DNA of 64,000 nucleotides from Escherichia coli (GTDB lineage Bacteria; Pseudomonadota; Gammaproteobacteria; Enterobacterales; Enterobacteriaceae): NCBI RefSeq assembly GCF_022846255.1, contig NZ_AP025682.1; one strand, 5' to 3'. Shown piece by piece: positions 53,929 to 64,000 of this stretch (position 1 is its first letter; each line of letters starts with the position of its first letter). The notes under the pieces were generated by a model. It saw only the letters and a program-made list of their open reading frames with translations, ran no database searches and was not told where the DNA came from. The position numbers and the translations under genes were made by a program.

Positions 53929-55044
53929 TCAGGCCGCCACTTCGGTGCGGTTACGTCCGGCTTTCTTTGCTTTGTAGAGCGCCAAATCTGCCGATTTCAA
54001 CCACTCGCGATAGTGACTCATTTGTGGATTCAGCGGCGCAACCCCCACACTAATCCGTAAAGTTACCTGTGGCGTATTCGGCAAGCGTAACGTGTTTAGC
54101 CCTTCATGCACCCGTAACATGGCGGTGATGGCGCTCTCAGCTGGCGTACCGGACATGATTACTGCAAACTCATCGCCGCCAAACCGACCAATCACATCGC
54201 TACCGCGCAGGGTAATTTGTAACTGTCGGGTAAGCGCCACAATCGCTTCATCACCCACATCATGGCCCCAGGTATCGTTGATGCTCTTGAAATGGTCGAT
54301 ATCGATAATCAGTAACGTTGCATCGCGATTATGCCGCCGACAGTTATCAAATTCATTGCGTAACATAGTTTCCCAATGACGTCGGTTATACACGCCCGTC
54401 ATACCGTCGCGGGTACTCATGACCTGCAACCTGCGTTTATGTTCCGCCAGTTTAGTCGCCGTCTGGTAGCTGACCCAGCCAAACAGCAGAGGATAAATGA
54501 CAATAATGGGAAGGGAGAGCCACCATTCCAGCGGTGCGCTATTGAACGACACGGTGATGCCCGTCAGCTCGAGGGTGACAAGGCAGGAGACCACCATCAA
54601 CACCAGACCCGCGACAAACAGACGGGGGCCGCCTGCCCCCATCAAATTCAGACACATAATCATCAACATCGCGGTGGAAGGCAGTACGTTTACGCCCATT
54701 ACGCCTACCCACATTCCCGCTAATACTGCATCGGTTTTTAAGTTGTAAATTTCCCGGCTAAGCGGATCGACGGCCCTGCTCGCTATTTGCCAGGCTAAAT
54801 GCGGCCAGACGAACGCCCAGCCGACCAACAACAGCCACCACCAGCCCGGCGACGGATGCGAAACCAGCGTTGAAGCAATCGGTAAGAACATGCCAGCCAG
54901 GCCAACCGCGCGGGGTAGTCTGACGCGACGGGCAAAGCGCAGCCCGGACCGCTGATGTTCGTTTTGAGGAGTTAAAGGAGGTTCCTCCCCATGCGCCGCC
55001 GCTTTTTTGAAAAAGTTTTCATCATTCATTATTTTTGGGAACAT
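53929..55044 (-). CDS. dgcC: Diguanylate cyclase DgcC (AdrA/YaiC), membrane-anchored GGDEF protein
   Basis: 371-aa ORF with N-terminal transmembrane segments and C-terminal GGDEF motif (RFGGDEFAVIM). Confidence 0.94.
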   Translation of the reverse strand: MFPKIMNDENFFKKAAAHGEEPPLTPQNEHQRSGLRFARRVRLPRAVGLAGMFLPIASTLVSHPSPGWWWLLLVGWAFVWPHLAWQIASRAVDPLSREIYNLKTDAVLAGMWVGVMGVNVLPSTAMLMIMCLNLMGAGGPRLFVAGLVLMVVSCLVTLELTGITVSFNSAPLEWWLSLPIIVIYPLLFGWVSYQTATKLAEHKRRLQVMSTRDGMTGVYNRRHWETMLRNEFDNCRRHNRDATLLIIDIDHFKSINDTWGHDVGDEAIVALTRQLQITLRGSDVIGRFGGDEFAVIMSGTPAESAITAMLRVHEGLNTLRLPNTPQVTLRISVGVAPLNPQMSHYREWLKSADLALYKAKKAGRNRTEVAA

Positions 55045-55145
55045 TCAGAAACAATTTTCCCAAATTATAGAGACGGGGCTAAAGGCAGAAGTATGAAATT
55101 TCGGGTGAGCCATTTTCGTAGCTCACCCGTTAGCACTATCAGGTA

Positions 55146-55466
55146 TCAGGCGGCTTTCTTGAGGCAGGCACTCATAAACTTATTACGATCATCCCCTTTC
55201 AGAGATTGTTGTGTTGCTTGATTATTACATTCGCGCATCTTTTGCTGCTGTGGCGTCAAACTTTTTTCACCAGGCGCAGATTTGCTGTTCTTCAGGCAAT
55301 CACTCATGTAGGTCTTACGAGCATCCCCTTTCAACGCCTGCGCCGTCGCCTGCTGATTACAAGAGGTCATACGCTGTTGTTGTGGGGTTAAGGTTCTCTC
55401 GGCAGCGCCGACGGTGGTTAAAAAAACCAGACCGAAAAGCAAGGTAACCAGTAATGTAATTTTCAT
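55146..55466 (-). CDS. psiF: Phosphate starvation-inducible protein PsiF
   Basis: Start re-derived at MKITLLVTLLFGLVFLTTVGAAERTLTPQQQ (106 aa); internally duplicated TPQQQ...C..QATQQ.LKGD half-domains. Confidence 0.92.
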   Translation of the reverse strand: MKITLLVTLLFGLVFLTTVGAAERTLTPQQQRMTSCNQQATAQALKGDARKTYMSDCLKNSKSAPGEKSLTPQQQKMRECNNQATQQSLKGDDRNKFMSACLKKAA

Positions 55467-55584
55467 CGCACCATCCCTCTTCATGTTTTAACCATGAGCG
55501 TATGCGCCCGTGATCTGCCATTAAGTCTGGTTGCTAACAGCAAAAAAACCACCCGGCAGCGAAAATTCACTGCCGGGCGCGGTT

Positions 55585-57000
55585 TTATTTCAGCCCCAGG
55601 GCGGCTTTCATGGTGTAGAAGAGATCGGTCTGGTCGGTCAGTCCAACAACATTGGCGGCATGCGGGCCATACGCCGCAATACGCAACTGACTGCCGGTAT
55701 GTTCTTGTGAATCCTCTTCGGAGTTCCCGTAACTCATCACCATCACTGCGCCATCTTTGGTATTTAGCGCCTGGGTGAGGCCCGGAGCTTTGGTATCCGG
55801 CGCAACTATCTGGCTGGCATGGGCGTGATCAGCGGTGACTATGACCAACGTGTTACCATCCTTTTTAGCGAATTCCAGCGCCCGTTGTACGGCTTCATCG
55901 AGATCGACCGTCTCGCCAATTTGCCCACAAGGATTCGCAGCGTGATCCTGTTTATCGATTGACGCACCTTCAACTTGCAGGAAAAAGCCTTTCTCATTTT
56001 TACTCAACAATTCAATGGCTTTGTCGGTCATCTGCGCCAGGGTCGGTACACTGTCATTACGTTGCGGATTAGGCGTACAGGTGACTGCGGGCTTATCTAT
56101 ATTACCGTGGTACGTTGCTTTCGGTCCTTGCCAGCGCACTGGCATATTGCCGTCAGCAAACAGTCCTAATAGGGGTTTTTGCTGATTCGCTTCCGTCACC
56201 GAATTCAGTGAGGCAGTATCGCTCACCAACTGATAACCACGCGCCTGTGCCTGTTCACGCAGCGTTTTTCCCTGCCATTCACCGGCGGTTGCCGTTTCAG
56301 CAAAGGTTTTTGCACCGCCGCCAAGCGTAACATCGGCACGGGCGTTAAGCAGCTGTTCGGTAATCGATCCTTTTCCGCCTTTTTCCAGAGCGTTACCCGG
56401 ACATTTTTCACTGGTCGCACTCGGACCGTAGCATTTGCGCGAGGTCACATGCGCCACCAGCGCAGCGGGCGTGGCATCCTGCAACTCTGCGGTAGAAACG
56501 TTACCGGTCGCCAGACCTGCGGCTTTTGCCATTTCCAGAATCGTTGGGTGATCTTTTTCGTGAATATCGACGCCCAGCGCGCCGTTATAGGTTTTGACAC
56601 CAGTTGACCAGGCGGTTGCTGATGCAGCCGAGTCGGTGACGTAGTCCGGTTTGCCGGTTTTTTTATTCAGCGCATAGTGAGTGTATTGCCCGGTAAGCGG
56701 TAAGGCATCGATACCTTTAAAAAAGCCGCCCGCACCTTCGGCATAATTGCGTGCGGCAGTAATTTCCGAGTCCCCCATCCCATCGCCAATCAGCAAAATA
56801 ATATTTTTTGCAGGTTTATCGCTAAGAGAATCACGCAGAGCGGCGGTCTGATCACCCGTTAAGCGGCGAGCACCGCCGGGTGCAGTAATATCGCCCTGAG
56901 CAGCCCGGTTTTCCAGAACAGGCATTTCTGGTGTCCGGGCTTTTGTCACAGGGGTAAACAGTAACGGTAAGAGTGCCAGTGCAATAGTGCTTTGTTTCAC
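55585..57000 (-). CDS. phoA: Alkaline phosphatase
   Basis: GTG start at 57000 giving (M)[37 protein letters not shown]... (471 aa), as for E. coli phoA; the track ORF extends 23 codons upstream to an ATG. Confidence 0.96.
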   Translation of the reverse strand: MKQSTIALALLPLLFTPVTKARTPEMPVLENRAAQGDITAPGGARRLTGDQTAALRDSLSDKPAKNIILLIGDGMGDSEITAARNYAEGAGGFFKGIDALPLTGQYTHYALNKKTGKPDYVTDSAASATAWSTGVKTYNGALGVDIHEKDHPTILEMAKAAGLATGNVSTAELQDATPAALVAHVTSRKCYGPSATSEKCPGNALEKGGKGSITEQLLNARADVTLGGGAKTFAETATAGEWQGKTLREQAQARGYQLVSDTASLNSVTEANQQKPLLGLFADGNMPVRWQGPKATYHGNIDKPAVTCTPNPQRNDSVPTLAQMTDKAIELLSKNEKGFFLQVEGASIDKQDHAANPCGQIGETVDLDEAVQRALEFAKKDGNTLVIVTADHAHASQIVAPDTKAPGLTQALNTKDGAVMVMSYGNSEEDSQEHTGSQLRIAAYGPHAANVVGLTDQTDLFYTMKAALGLK

Positions 57001-57046
57001 TTTATTTTCTCCATGTACAAATACATTAAAAAATAAAAACAAAGCG

Positions 57047-57080
57047 ACTATAAGTCTCGGCCGTGACAACTTTATGACAG
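57047..57080 (-). promoter_or_regulatory. phoA promoter: Pho box plus -10 element
   Basis: Minus strand reads ctgtcataaagttgtcac (Pho box, 57063-57080), with tatagt (-10, 57047-57052) downstream, upstream of the phoA GTG start. Confidence 0.85.
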
Positions 57081-57100
57081 CTGTTGAAAAGATTAACTTT

Positions 57101-57361
57101 TTACTGACGAGGATGCCTCAATAACTTCTTTACGTAATCGCGCAGCAGCTCCGTATCGTCGTCAGGAATGCTGGCATCGGGCTTTACCTCGTACAGCGCC
57201 CCCTCTACCTGATCAATCAACCGCTGTTGATCATTTTGCGCCATATTGCGAAGCATTGCCGTGACGATAATCTCCAAAGCTTCTACCTGCGCGCACAGTT
57301 CTTTCGACTCTTCTTCTTTTTGGGCAAGCTTAAATAACAACTCAGCAATGAGATTTTTCAT
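57101..57361 (-). CDS. iraP: Anti-adapter protein IraP (stabilises RpoS)
   Basis: 86-aa [44 protein letters not shown]... Confidence 0.93.
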
Positions 57362-57823
57362 GTCTGTATTTCCTTATCCAAAGTATGGAGAAGTTAACAT
57401 TATGTTTCACAACTTCATAGTGTCTGGAAGTATTATTTTTATGACAAAGGAAATACTTTGCGCAAATATTTTTTGTTTGATTACCAGCGAAACGTTTCTC
57501 TTATTTAAATAATTACCCACATAAAATATAGGTCTTTAATTATCAACCTTTATTATAAATAAAAGTTATGAAATATATTCTCTTCGTTATCTTATAATTA
57601 AGAGAAAAAAACTCACCACATGGTCATTTAAGCCAGGAATAAATTAGCTTCCCGTTCATCATTTTTGTGATCTTGCACACATCTTTGAGATAACGCACTT
57701 TCTTCACCAGTACGTTGCTCGCTTTGTCAGCAGAAGATTGCAACATTCTGTCAGAAGGCCGCGAATCCCCCGTTTTGTCGTGGTAATGTATGCACTTTGT
57801 GTTAGACGGGATAGGTTTTTAAG

Positions 57824-58918
57824 ATGGAAAAACTGCGGGTAGGAATCGTTTTTGGTGGTAAATCAGCGGAACATGAAGTGTCTCTGCAATCGGCAAAAAA
57901 CATTGTCGATGCCATTGATAAAAGTCGCTTCGATGTTGTGCTGCTGGGCATTGATAAACAAGGGCAATGGCACGTCAGCGATGCCAGCAATTATCTGCTA
58001 AATGCAGACGATCCTGCCCATATTGCGTTGCGCCCTTCGGCGACCAGCCTTGCGCAGGTGCCAGGTAAACATGAGCATCAGCTTATCGACGCACAAAACG
58101 GTCAGCCGTTGCCGACGGTGGATGTCATTTTCCCTATTGTCCACGGTACGCTGGGCGAAGATGGTTCCTTGCAGGGAATGCTGCGGGTCGCCAATTTACC
58201 GTTTGTAGGTTCTGATGTTCTGGCTTCAGCGGCCTGTATGGATAAAGATGTCACCAAACGTCTGCTGCGCGATGCCGGGCTGAACATTGCGCCATTTATT
58301 ACCCTGACGCGCGCTAATCGTCACAACATCAGTTTTGCCGAAGTGGAGTCTAAACTGGGGTTACCGCTGTTTGTAAAACCGGCTAATCAGGGCTCTTCTG
58401 TTGGTGTCAGCAAAGTAACCAGTGAAGAACAGTACACAATTGCCGTCGATCTGGCGTTCGAGTTCGATCATAAAGTGATCGTTGAGCAAGGGATCAAAGG
58501 TCGTGAAATCGAATGCGCAGTTCTTGGCAACGATAACCCGCAAGCAAGCACCTGTGGCGAGATCGTACTCACCAGCGATTTCTATGCCTACGACACCAAG
58601 TACATTGACGAAGATGGCGCGAAAGTGGTAGTTCCGGCAGCCATTGCGCCAGAAATCAACGATAAGATCCGGGCGATTGCCGTTCAGGCTTATCAGACGT
58701 TGGGATGCGCAGGCATGGCGCGTGTAGACGTGTTTTTAACCCCAGAGAACGAAGTGGTGATCAACGAGATCAACACCCTGCCTGGCTTCACCAACATCAG
58801 TATGTATCCGAAGCTGTGGCAAGCCAGTGGTCTGGGTTACACCGACCTGATCACGCGTTTGATTGAGCTGGCGCTGGAGCGTCACGCTGCGGATAACGCA
58901 CTGAAAACCACAATGTAA
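57824..58918 (+). CDS. ddlA: D-alanine--D-alanine ligase A
   Basis: 364-aa [44 protein letters not shown]... Confidence 0.96.
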   Translation: MEKLRVGIVFGGKSAEHEVSLQSAKNIVDAIDKSRFDVVLLGIDKQGQWHVSDASNYLLNADDPAHIALRPSATSLAQVPGKHEHQLIDAQNGQPLPTVDVIFPIVHGTLGEDGSLQGMLRVANLPFVGSDVLASAACMDKDVTKRLLRDAGLNIAPFITLTRANRHNISFAEVESKLGLPLFVKPANQGSSVGVSKVTSEEQYTIAVDLAFEFDHKVIVEQGIKGREIECAVLGNDNPQASTCGEIVLTSDFYAYDTKYIDEDGAKVVVPAAIAPEINDKIRAIAVQAYQTLGCAGMARVDVFLTPENEVVINEINTLPGFTNISMYPKLWQASGLGYTDLITRLIELALERHAADNALKTTM

Positions 58919-58941
58919 TATTCAAACGCCCGGTAATATTC

Positions 58942-59154
58942 TTATTGGGCGTTTTCAGTTTCTTCATCGCGACGACGAATAATCAACCCCGCCAGCCAGA
59001 AACTAATCACCCATGTCACCAGACCGACGGCATAGGTCTGCCAACCTTTTGCTTCAAATCCCAGTAACCCCACCACGCCATTAAGAATGAATATAAGGCC
59101 AATGGCGAACGCATAGTAGTGCCAGTCACGGCGGATTTTTACAGGCAGATTCAT
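58942..59154 (-). CDS. yaiZ: Small membrane protein YaiZ
   Basis: Start re-derived at MNLPVKIRRDWHYYAFAIGLIFILNGVVGLLGF (70 aa) within the 114-aa track ORF. Confidence 0.8.
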   Translation of the reverse strand: MNLPVKIRRDWHYYAFAIGLIFILNGVVGLLGFEAKGWQTYAVGLVTWVISFWLAGLIIRRRDEETENAQ

Positions 59155-59413
59155 GGCAGCTCCGTTAACGCAAAACAACATCCTTGCATATTCTGTAACA
59201 ACTGTCTGTGGTGTAGACAACACTTTCGCAATTGTTAATAAATTTAACTTAAGGTTGCTATTTTGTGACTCACAACGAAGATTCACGCTTCGGGAATATT
59301 CCCAACATCAATTTACCATGATTCTGATATTGACAATCTAAATGACCTGTCAGACTTGCCATAAGCCGCTGGTATCACACCAGAAGAGAAGCAGATGACT
59401 TCCGGAGGTTTTT

Positions 59414-59722
59414 ATGGCTGATTTCACCCTGTCAAAATCGCTGTTTAGCGGAAAATATCGCAATGCCTCTTCAACGCCTGGCAATATTGCCTATGCGTTG
59501 TTTGTGCTGTTTTGCTTTTGGGCTGGGGCGCAATTGCTGAACCTGCTAGTGCATGCGCCCGGCGTCTATGAGCGCTTAATGCAGGTCCAGGAAACAGGTC
59601 GCCCACGGGTGGAAATTGGTTTAGGTGTCGGCACCATTTTCGGGCTGATCCCGTTTTTAGTTGGCTGCCTCATTTTTGCAGTAGTGGCGCTATGGCTGCA
59701 CTGGCGACATCGCCGCCAGTAA
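59414..59722 (+). CDS. yaiY: Inner membrane protein YaiY
   Basis: 102-aa [45 protein letters not shown]... Confidence 0.88.
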
Positions 59723-59779
59723 GATTTACTTGCCAGATAGGACCTAAAACGCTTTATCTGGCATGACATTCCTGTTTGA

Positions 59780-60874
59780 TCACTGTTTCATACAACGCGC
59801 CCGCCGTTCGTCTACGCGCTTCGCAAACCAGGCCGTAGTCAGATTGCGGGTGATTTTCGGGCTTTCCAGTTGAATGCCAGGCAACATTTCGCGGGGTAGT
59901 GATTTACCCGTTTTCGCTTCGGCAAGTTGATAAACTTTCTTGTACAGCGCCGTCTCCTCAAAAGAGAAGCTGTCGCCTTTCTCTAACTGGCGGCGAATTT
60001 CACTGTCGCTCATCCCCAGTTTTCCCGCCAGTTTGCGCGTTGCCAGTTCGGTTTTCCCGGGCTCTTTACTGTCGTAACGAATTAAATCACCGTCCAGTGC
60101 CAGCTTCACGCCGCTGGCCTTACTGACCGCGTTCTGAAACGCGGCATTACGGCTGGCGTACCAGCCAGCGTTAAAATCAGCAAAACGGTATATCGGCGCG
60201 CTATAGCTGGCGGGATAATTCAGTAAATGGTAAGTACCAAACCACAACCCGCCGCGACGACTGAAGACTTCCTGACGGACTGTACCGTCCATTTTCCACG
60301 GATACCCTTTGGTATGCTGTTCGGCAAAGGCAATGCTGACCTGCATCGGCCCACCGGTGCGCACCGGATTAAGCGAACCAAACAACGTCTGCCCCATTGG
60401 CACCATGCTGATCAGATCGTCAAAAATCGCGCTCAATTGCTTTTCTGTACGCACCGAATCTAACCGTTCGCTATAGCTTTTGCCGTTTGGCGATTTGATT
60501 TTTAGCGCGGTATGCACCAGAAAAGCAGGAATGTGCATCCGTTCAGCACGACGGTCAATCTCTTGCCAGGCGATCTTGCTTAAGCCCGGAACGGCCGGAT
60601 CTGCCTGATAATTTGACTCCTGCTGCGCCACCGCCAGCACCGAGCAGACGTTTTCCAGCGTCGGTGCCAGCCCCTGACTTTCAAAGGTGGTGGCGAGATC
60701 TTTCGCCCAGGCATCGCGGTCTTTCACGCTCGCAGGCATCTTCTGCCGCACGACGCTCGCCACATCTATCGCTTTTTCGCCCTTTTTCAACGGTTGCGGA
60801 GCCTGACTACTACACCCCGCTAAAACCAGAACCGCCAACAATGACAGCGAAGATAGAGGATTGACGCGCGACAT
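59780..60874 (-). CDS. yaiW: Surface-exposed lipoprotein YaiW
   Basis: 364-aa ORF MSRVNPLSSLSLLAVLVLAGCSSQAPQPLKKGEKAID... with lipobox LAGC. Confidence 0.92.
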   Translation of the reverse strand: MSRVNPLSSLSLLAVLVLAGCSSQAPQPLKKGEKAIDVASVVRQKMPASVKDRDAWAKDLATTFESQGLAPTLENVCSVLAVAQQESNYQADPAVPGLSKIAWQEIDRRAERMHIPAFLVHTALKIKSPNGKSYSERLDSVRTEKQLSAIFDDLISMVPMGQTLFGSLNPVRTGGPMQVSIAFAEQHTKGYPWKMDGTVRQEVFSRRGGLWFGTYHLLNYPASYSAPIYRFADFNAGWYASRNAAFQNAVSKASGVKLALDGDLIRYDSKEPGKTELATRKLAGKLGMSDSEIRRQLEKGDSFSFEETALYKKVYQLAEAKTGKSLPREMLPGIQLESPKITRNLTTAWFAKRVDERRARCMKQ

Positions 60875-60886
60875 TACTTCTCCTTT

Positions 60887-62107
60887 TTAGCTCAAGGTAT
60901 GGGTTACTTCCTGAATTTTGTCACCATCCAGCTCATGTTCAAAGCTGCGCAGACGTTTGTAGATAGACATCAACTCAACCAGTGTGGTCCATGAGTTAAT
61001 CAGGTACTGGAAAGCACCGCGAACCTGACCAAAAACGTTAGTAATCTGCGTCATCAGGCCGAGTGTAATCGTACCGGCAACAATTGACGGAAACAGCAAG
61101 AACAAACCGAAAACGTTATCGACCTGCAAATAGAGAATGCGGGCGATATTGAAATACATATAGTGAAAATAGAGGCGGAAATAGTTTTTCCGTACGGCGC
61201 TAAAAAGCTCGCGTACCGTAGGCGGCGTCGCGCGCGTGGCATCGTCTTCACCATAAACCAGCTCTTTACGGTAGGCAGCCTCTACACGCTGGTTTTTAAA
61301 CTCCAGCCCCGGCAGTTTGATCCCTACCACTGCCAGTAATCCGGTCCCCATCAGCGACCAGACGATAGCGGCAATCACCAGACCATACGGAATGTGCCCG
61401 ACAATCGGCAGCTCCGGCACATGTGCGGAGAGCGTTACCAGCACCGGCAGGAAGGCGATCAACGTCATGATAGCGTTGATAAAGCTGACGCCCATATTCT
61501 CCAGCGTTGAAGCAAAACGCATGGTGTCTTCCTGCACACGCTGCGCGGCCCCTTCGATATGACGCAGTTGTTGCCAGTTCGCCATGTAATATTCGTTCAT
61601 CGCCGTACGCCAGCGGAACACGTAGTGACTGACAAAGAAGTTGTTCAGCACACTGATCACCACCGCGATCAGCGCAATCCCCAGAAAGACGCCCACTTCG
61701 CGGTAAAATTGTTCGATGGTGACTTTATGCGGCGAACTTAGCGCCGTTTGAATCAGATCATAGAACGGCGCATACCAGGCGTTGACGGCAACCCCGACTT
61801 CCACCAAAAACCAGGTGACAAAGATAATCAGCGCAGTACCGAGTATTGACCAGTATTGCCAACGGTGCGGGCTATAGATAAACCAGAACAATGCAAAAAG
61901 TCCTACGCAAACAATGTAGTAAGCGTAAAAAATCAGGAAATCCAACGACCAGAAACGCGCGGCGCTAATCGGGATCTGCCCGGAAGCGCCGGTGATACGC
62001 GCCACCCAATCACCCCCACCGGCTTGCCAGAAGATAACGGCAATCAATGCCCAAACAAAGGCCGAGAGAAAAAACGTTCCCGGCTTTGGGAAAAAAGACT
62101 TAAACAT
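60887..62107 (-). CDS. sbmA: Peptide antibiotic/microcin transporter SbmA
   Basis: Start taken at the second Met, [31 protein letters not shown] (406 aa). Confidence 0.94.
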   Translation of the reverse strand: MFKSFFPKPGTFFLSAFVWALIAVIFWQAGGGDWVARITGASGQIPISAARFWSLDFLIFYAYYIVCVGLFALFWFIYSPHRWQYWSILGTALIIFVTWFLVEVGVAVNAWYAPFYDLIQTALSSPHKVTIEQFYREVGVFLGIALIAVVISVLNNFFVSHYVFRWRTAMNEYYMANWQQLRHIEGAAQRVQEDTMRFASTLENMGVSFINAIMTLIAFLPVLVTLSAHVPELPIVGHIPYGLVIAAIVWSLMGTGLLAVVGIKLPGLEFKNQRVEAAYRKELVYGEDDATRATPPTVRELFSAVRKNYFRLYFHYMYFNIARILYLQVDNVFGLFLLFPSIVAGTITLGLMTQITNVFGQVRGAFQYLINSWTTLVELMSIYKRLRSFEHELDGDKIQEVTHTLS

Positions 62108-62458
62108 ATGCACTCCTGCTAACTTCTTATCGTTTTAACAACTGCTGTGTATTAACCGCATGACCGCTACAAAGCGTCAGCCAAATGAAACCGCCCATTG
62201 TGACCCATAGCAAGGCGCTTAGTTCGCCAGCCTGACCATAAGAATTGTTTCGACGGGTTTCACAAACCAAAGATTGTTTACATAAGCGGATTAACACGCG
62301 CAGGATCACAAATGCAGGCATTGGTGAGCAGGAAAAAGATCGTGTTTACGCGCCGTTACGTTTTTAACACTATTATTGCACTAATTCGCCCTTTGCAATC
62401 CATCAATGAGTAGTATAAATACGCTCAGTTACCTTCATTCAATCTATGGACACCACCG

Positions 62459-63616
62459 TTGAAACGTAGTCTGCTTTTTTCTGCCGTGCTGTATGCGGCG
62501 TCATTGACCTCCGTCCATGCGGCTCAGCCGATCACTGAACCGGAGTTTGCCTCTGATATTGTCGATCGTTATGCCGATCATATTTTTTACGGCAGCGGTG
62601 CCACGGGGATGGCGCTGGTTGTTATCGACGGTAACCAGCGCGTCTTTCGCAGTTATGGCGAAACGCGACCTGGTAATAACGTTCGCCCGCAGCTGGATTC
62701 CGTCATACGTATTGCTTCCCTCACCAAGTTAATGACCAGTGAGATGCTGGTGAAATTGCTCGACCAGGGGACCGTGAAGTTAAACGATCCGCTAAGTAAA
62801 TATGCTCCGCCAGGCGCACGCGTACCGACCTACAATGGGACGCCCATTACGCTGGTGAATCTGGCAACCCATACCAGCGCCCTGCCCCGTGAACAGCCCG
62901 GTGGCGCGGCACATCGTCCGGTATTTGTCTGGCCAACGCGCGAGCAACGCTGGAAATACCTTTCCACTGCCAAACTAAAAGCCGCGCCGGGCAGCCAGGC
63001 CGCGTACTCCAACCTCGCATTCGATCTGCTGGCAGATGCACTGGCGAATGCGTCCGGCAAGCCTTATACCCAGTTGTTTGAAGAGCAGATTACCCGTCCG
63101 TTGGGGATGAAAGACACCACCTACACCCCCTCACCGGATCAGTGCCGCCGTTTAATGGTTGCTGAGCGCGGTGCCAGTCCGTGCAATAACACGCTGGCGG
63201 CAATTGGCAGCGGCGGCGTCTATTCCACGCCAGGCGATATGATGCGCTGGATGCAGCAGTATTTGTCATCTGATTTTTATCAGCGCAGTAACCAGGCTGA
63301 TCGCATGCAGACGTTGATTTATCAGCGCGCGCAGTTTACAAAAGTGATTGGCATGGATGTCCCCGGCAAAGCGGATGCGCTTGGTTTAGGCTGGGTATAT
63401 ATGGCCCCGAAAGAGGGTCGTCCGGGGATTATTCAGAAGACAGGTGGTGGTGGCGGTTTCATTACCTATATGGCGATGATCCCGCAGAAGAATATTGGCG
63501 CGTTTGTGGTGGTCACTCGTTCGCCGTTGACGCGCTTTAAAAATATGAGCGATGGCATCAATGACCTGGTGACCGAGCTAAGCGGGAATAAACCGTTGGT
63601 TATCCCCGCATCCTGA
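62459..63616 (+). CDS. ampH: Penicillin-binding protein AmpH (class C beta-lactamase homologue, D-alanyl-D-alanine carboxypeptidase/endopeptidase)
   Basis: 385-aa ORF from a TTG start, (M)KRSLLFSAVLYAASLTSVHAAQPITEPEF..., with the S-x-x-K active-site motif (IASLTK). Confidence 0.92.
   Translation: MKRSLLFSAVLYAASLTSVHAAQPITEPEFASDIVDRYADHIFYGSGATGMALVVIDGNQRVFRSYGETRPGNNVRPQLDSVIRIASLTKLMTSEMLVKLLDQGTVKLNDPLSKYAPPGARVPTYNGTPITLVNLATHTSALPREQPGGAAHRPVFVWPTREQRWKYLSTAKLKAAPGSQAAYSNLAFDLLADALANASGKPYTQLFEEQITRPLGMKDTTYTPSPDQCRRLMVAERGASPCNNTLAAIGSGGVYSTPGDMMRWMQQYLSSDFYQRSNQADRMQTLIYQRAQFTKVIGMDVPGKADALGLGWVYMAPKEGRPGIIQKTGGGGGFITYMAMIPQKNIGAFVVVTRSPLTRFKNMSDGINDLVTELSGNKPLVIPAS

Positions 63617-64000
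<384 letters not shown>

Noticed and set aside
57246-57512. 88-aa ORF in the iraP-ddlA intergenic region
   Set aside because: Mostly antisense to iraP and continuing into AT-rich intergenic DNA; low-complexity translation; likely spurious.

Overview
This window is an Escherichia coli-type chromosomal segment, collinear in reverse orientation with the K-12 yaiV-ampH-sbmA-yaiW-ddlA-iraP-phoA-psiF-dgcC-proC-aroL-aroM-rdgC-mak-araJ-sbcCD-phoBR-brnQ-proY-malZ-acpH-queA-tgt-yajC-secDF-yajD-tsx-yajI-nrdR-ribD-ribE-nusB-thiL-pgpA-yajO-dxs-ispA-xseB-thiI-yajL-panE-yajQ-yajR-cyoEDCBA-ampG-yajG-bolA-tig region. About 62 core genes are recognised from the supplied ORF translations; true starts were re-derived where the ORF track over-extends the N-terminus. 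Two accessory insertions stand out against the K-12 gene order as I remember it. (1) A ~0.7 kb ParD/ParE-like type II toxin-antitoxin pair sits between yajD and secF (25.8-26.5 kb). (2) A ~1.65 kb AT-rich single-gene islet sits between acpH and malZ (32.9-34.5 kb); it encodes a 481-aa protein I cannot assign to any family, with a Ser/Thr/Asn-rich N-terminus, a Lys/Glu-rich internally repetitive linker and a separate C-terminal domain. This islet is the best candidate for something undescribed. No rRNA, tRNA, CRISPR array, IS element or prophage was seen. Pho boxes, REP elements and several hairpin terminators are read directly from the sequence. All homology statements come from memory of E. 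coli proteins; no database search, GC computation or folding was run, and coordinates of non-coding motifs may be off by a few bases.
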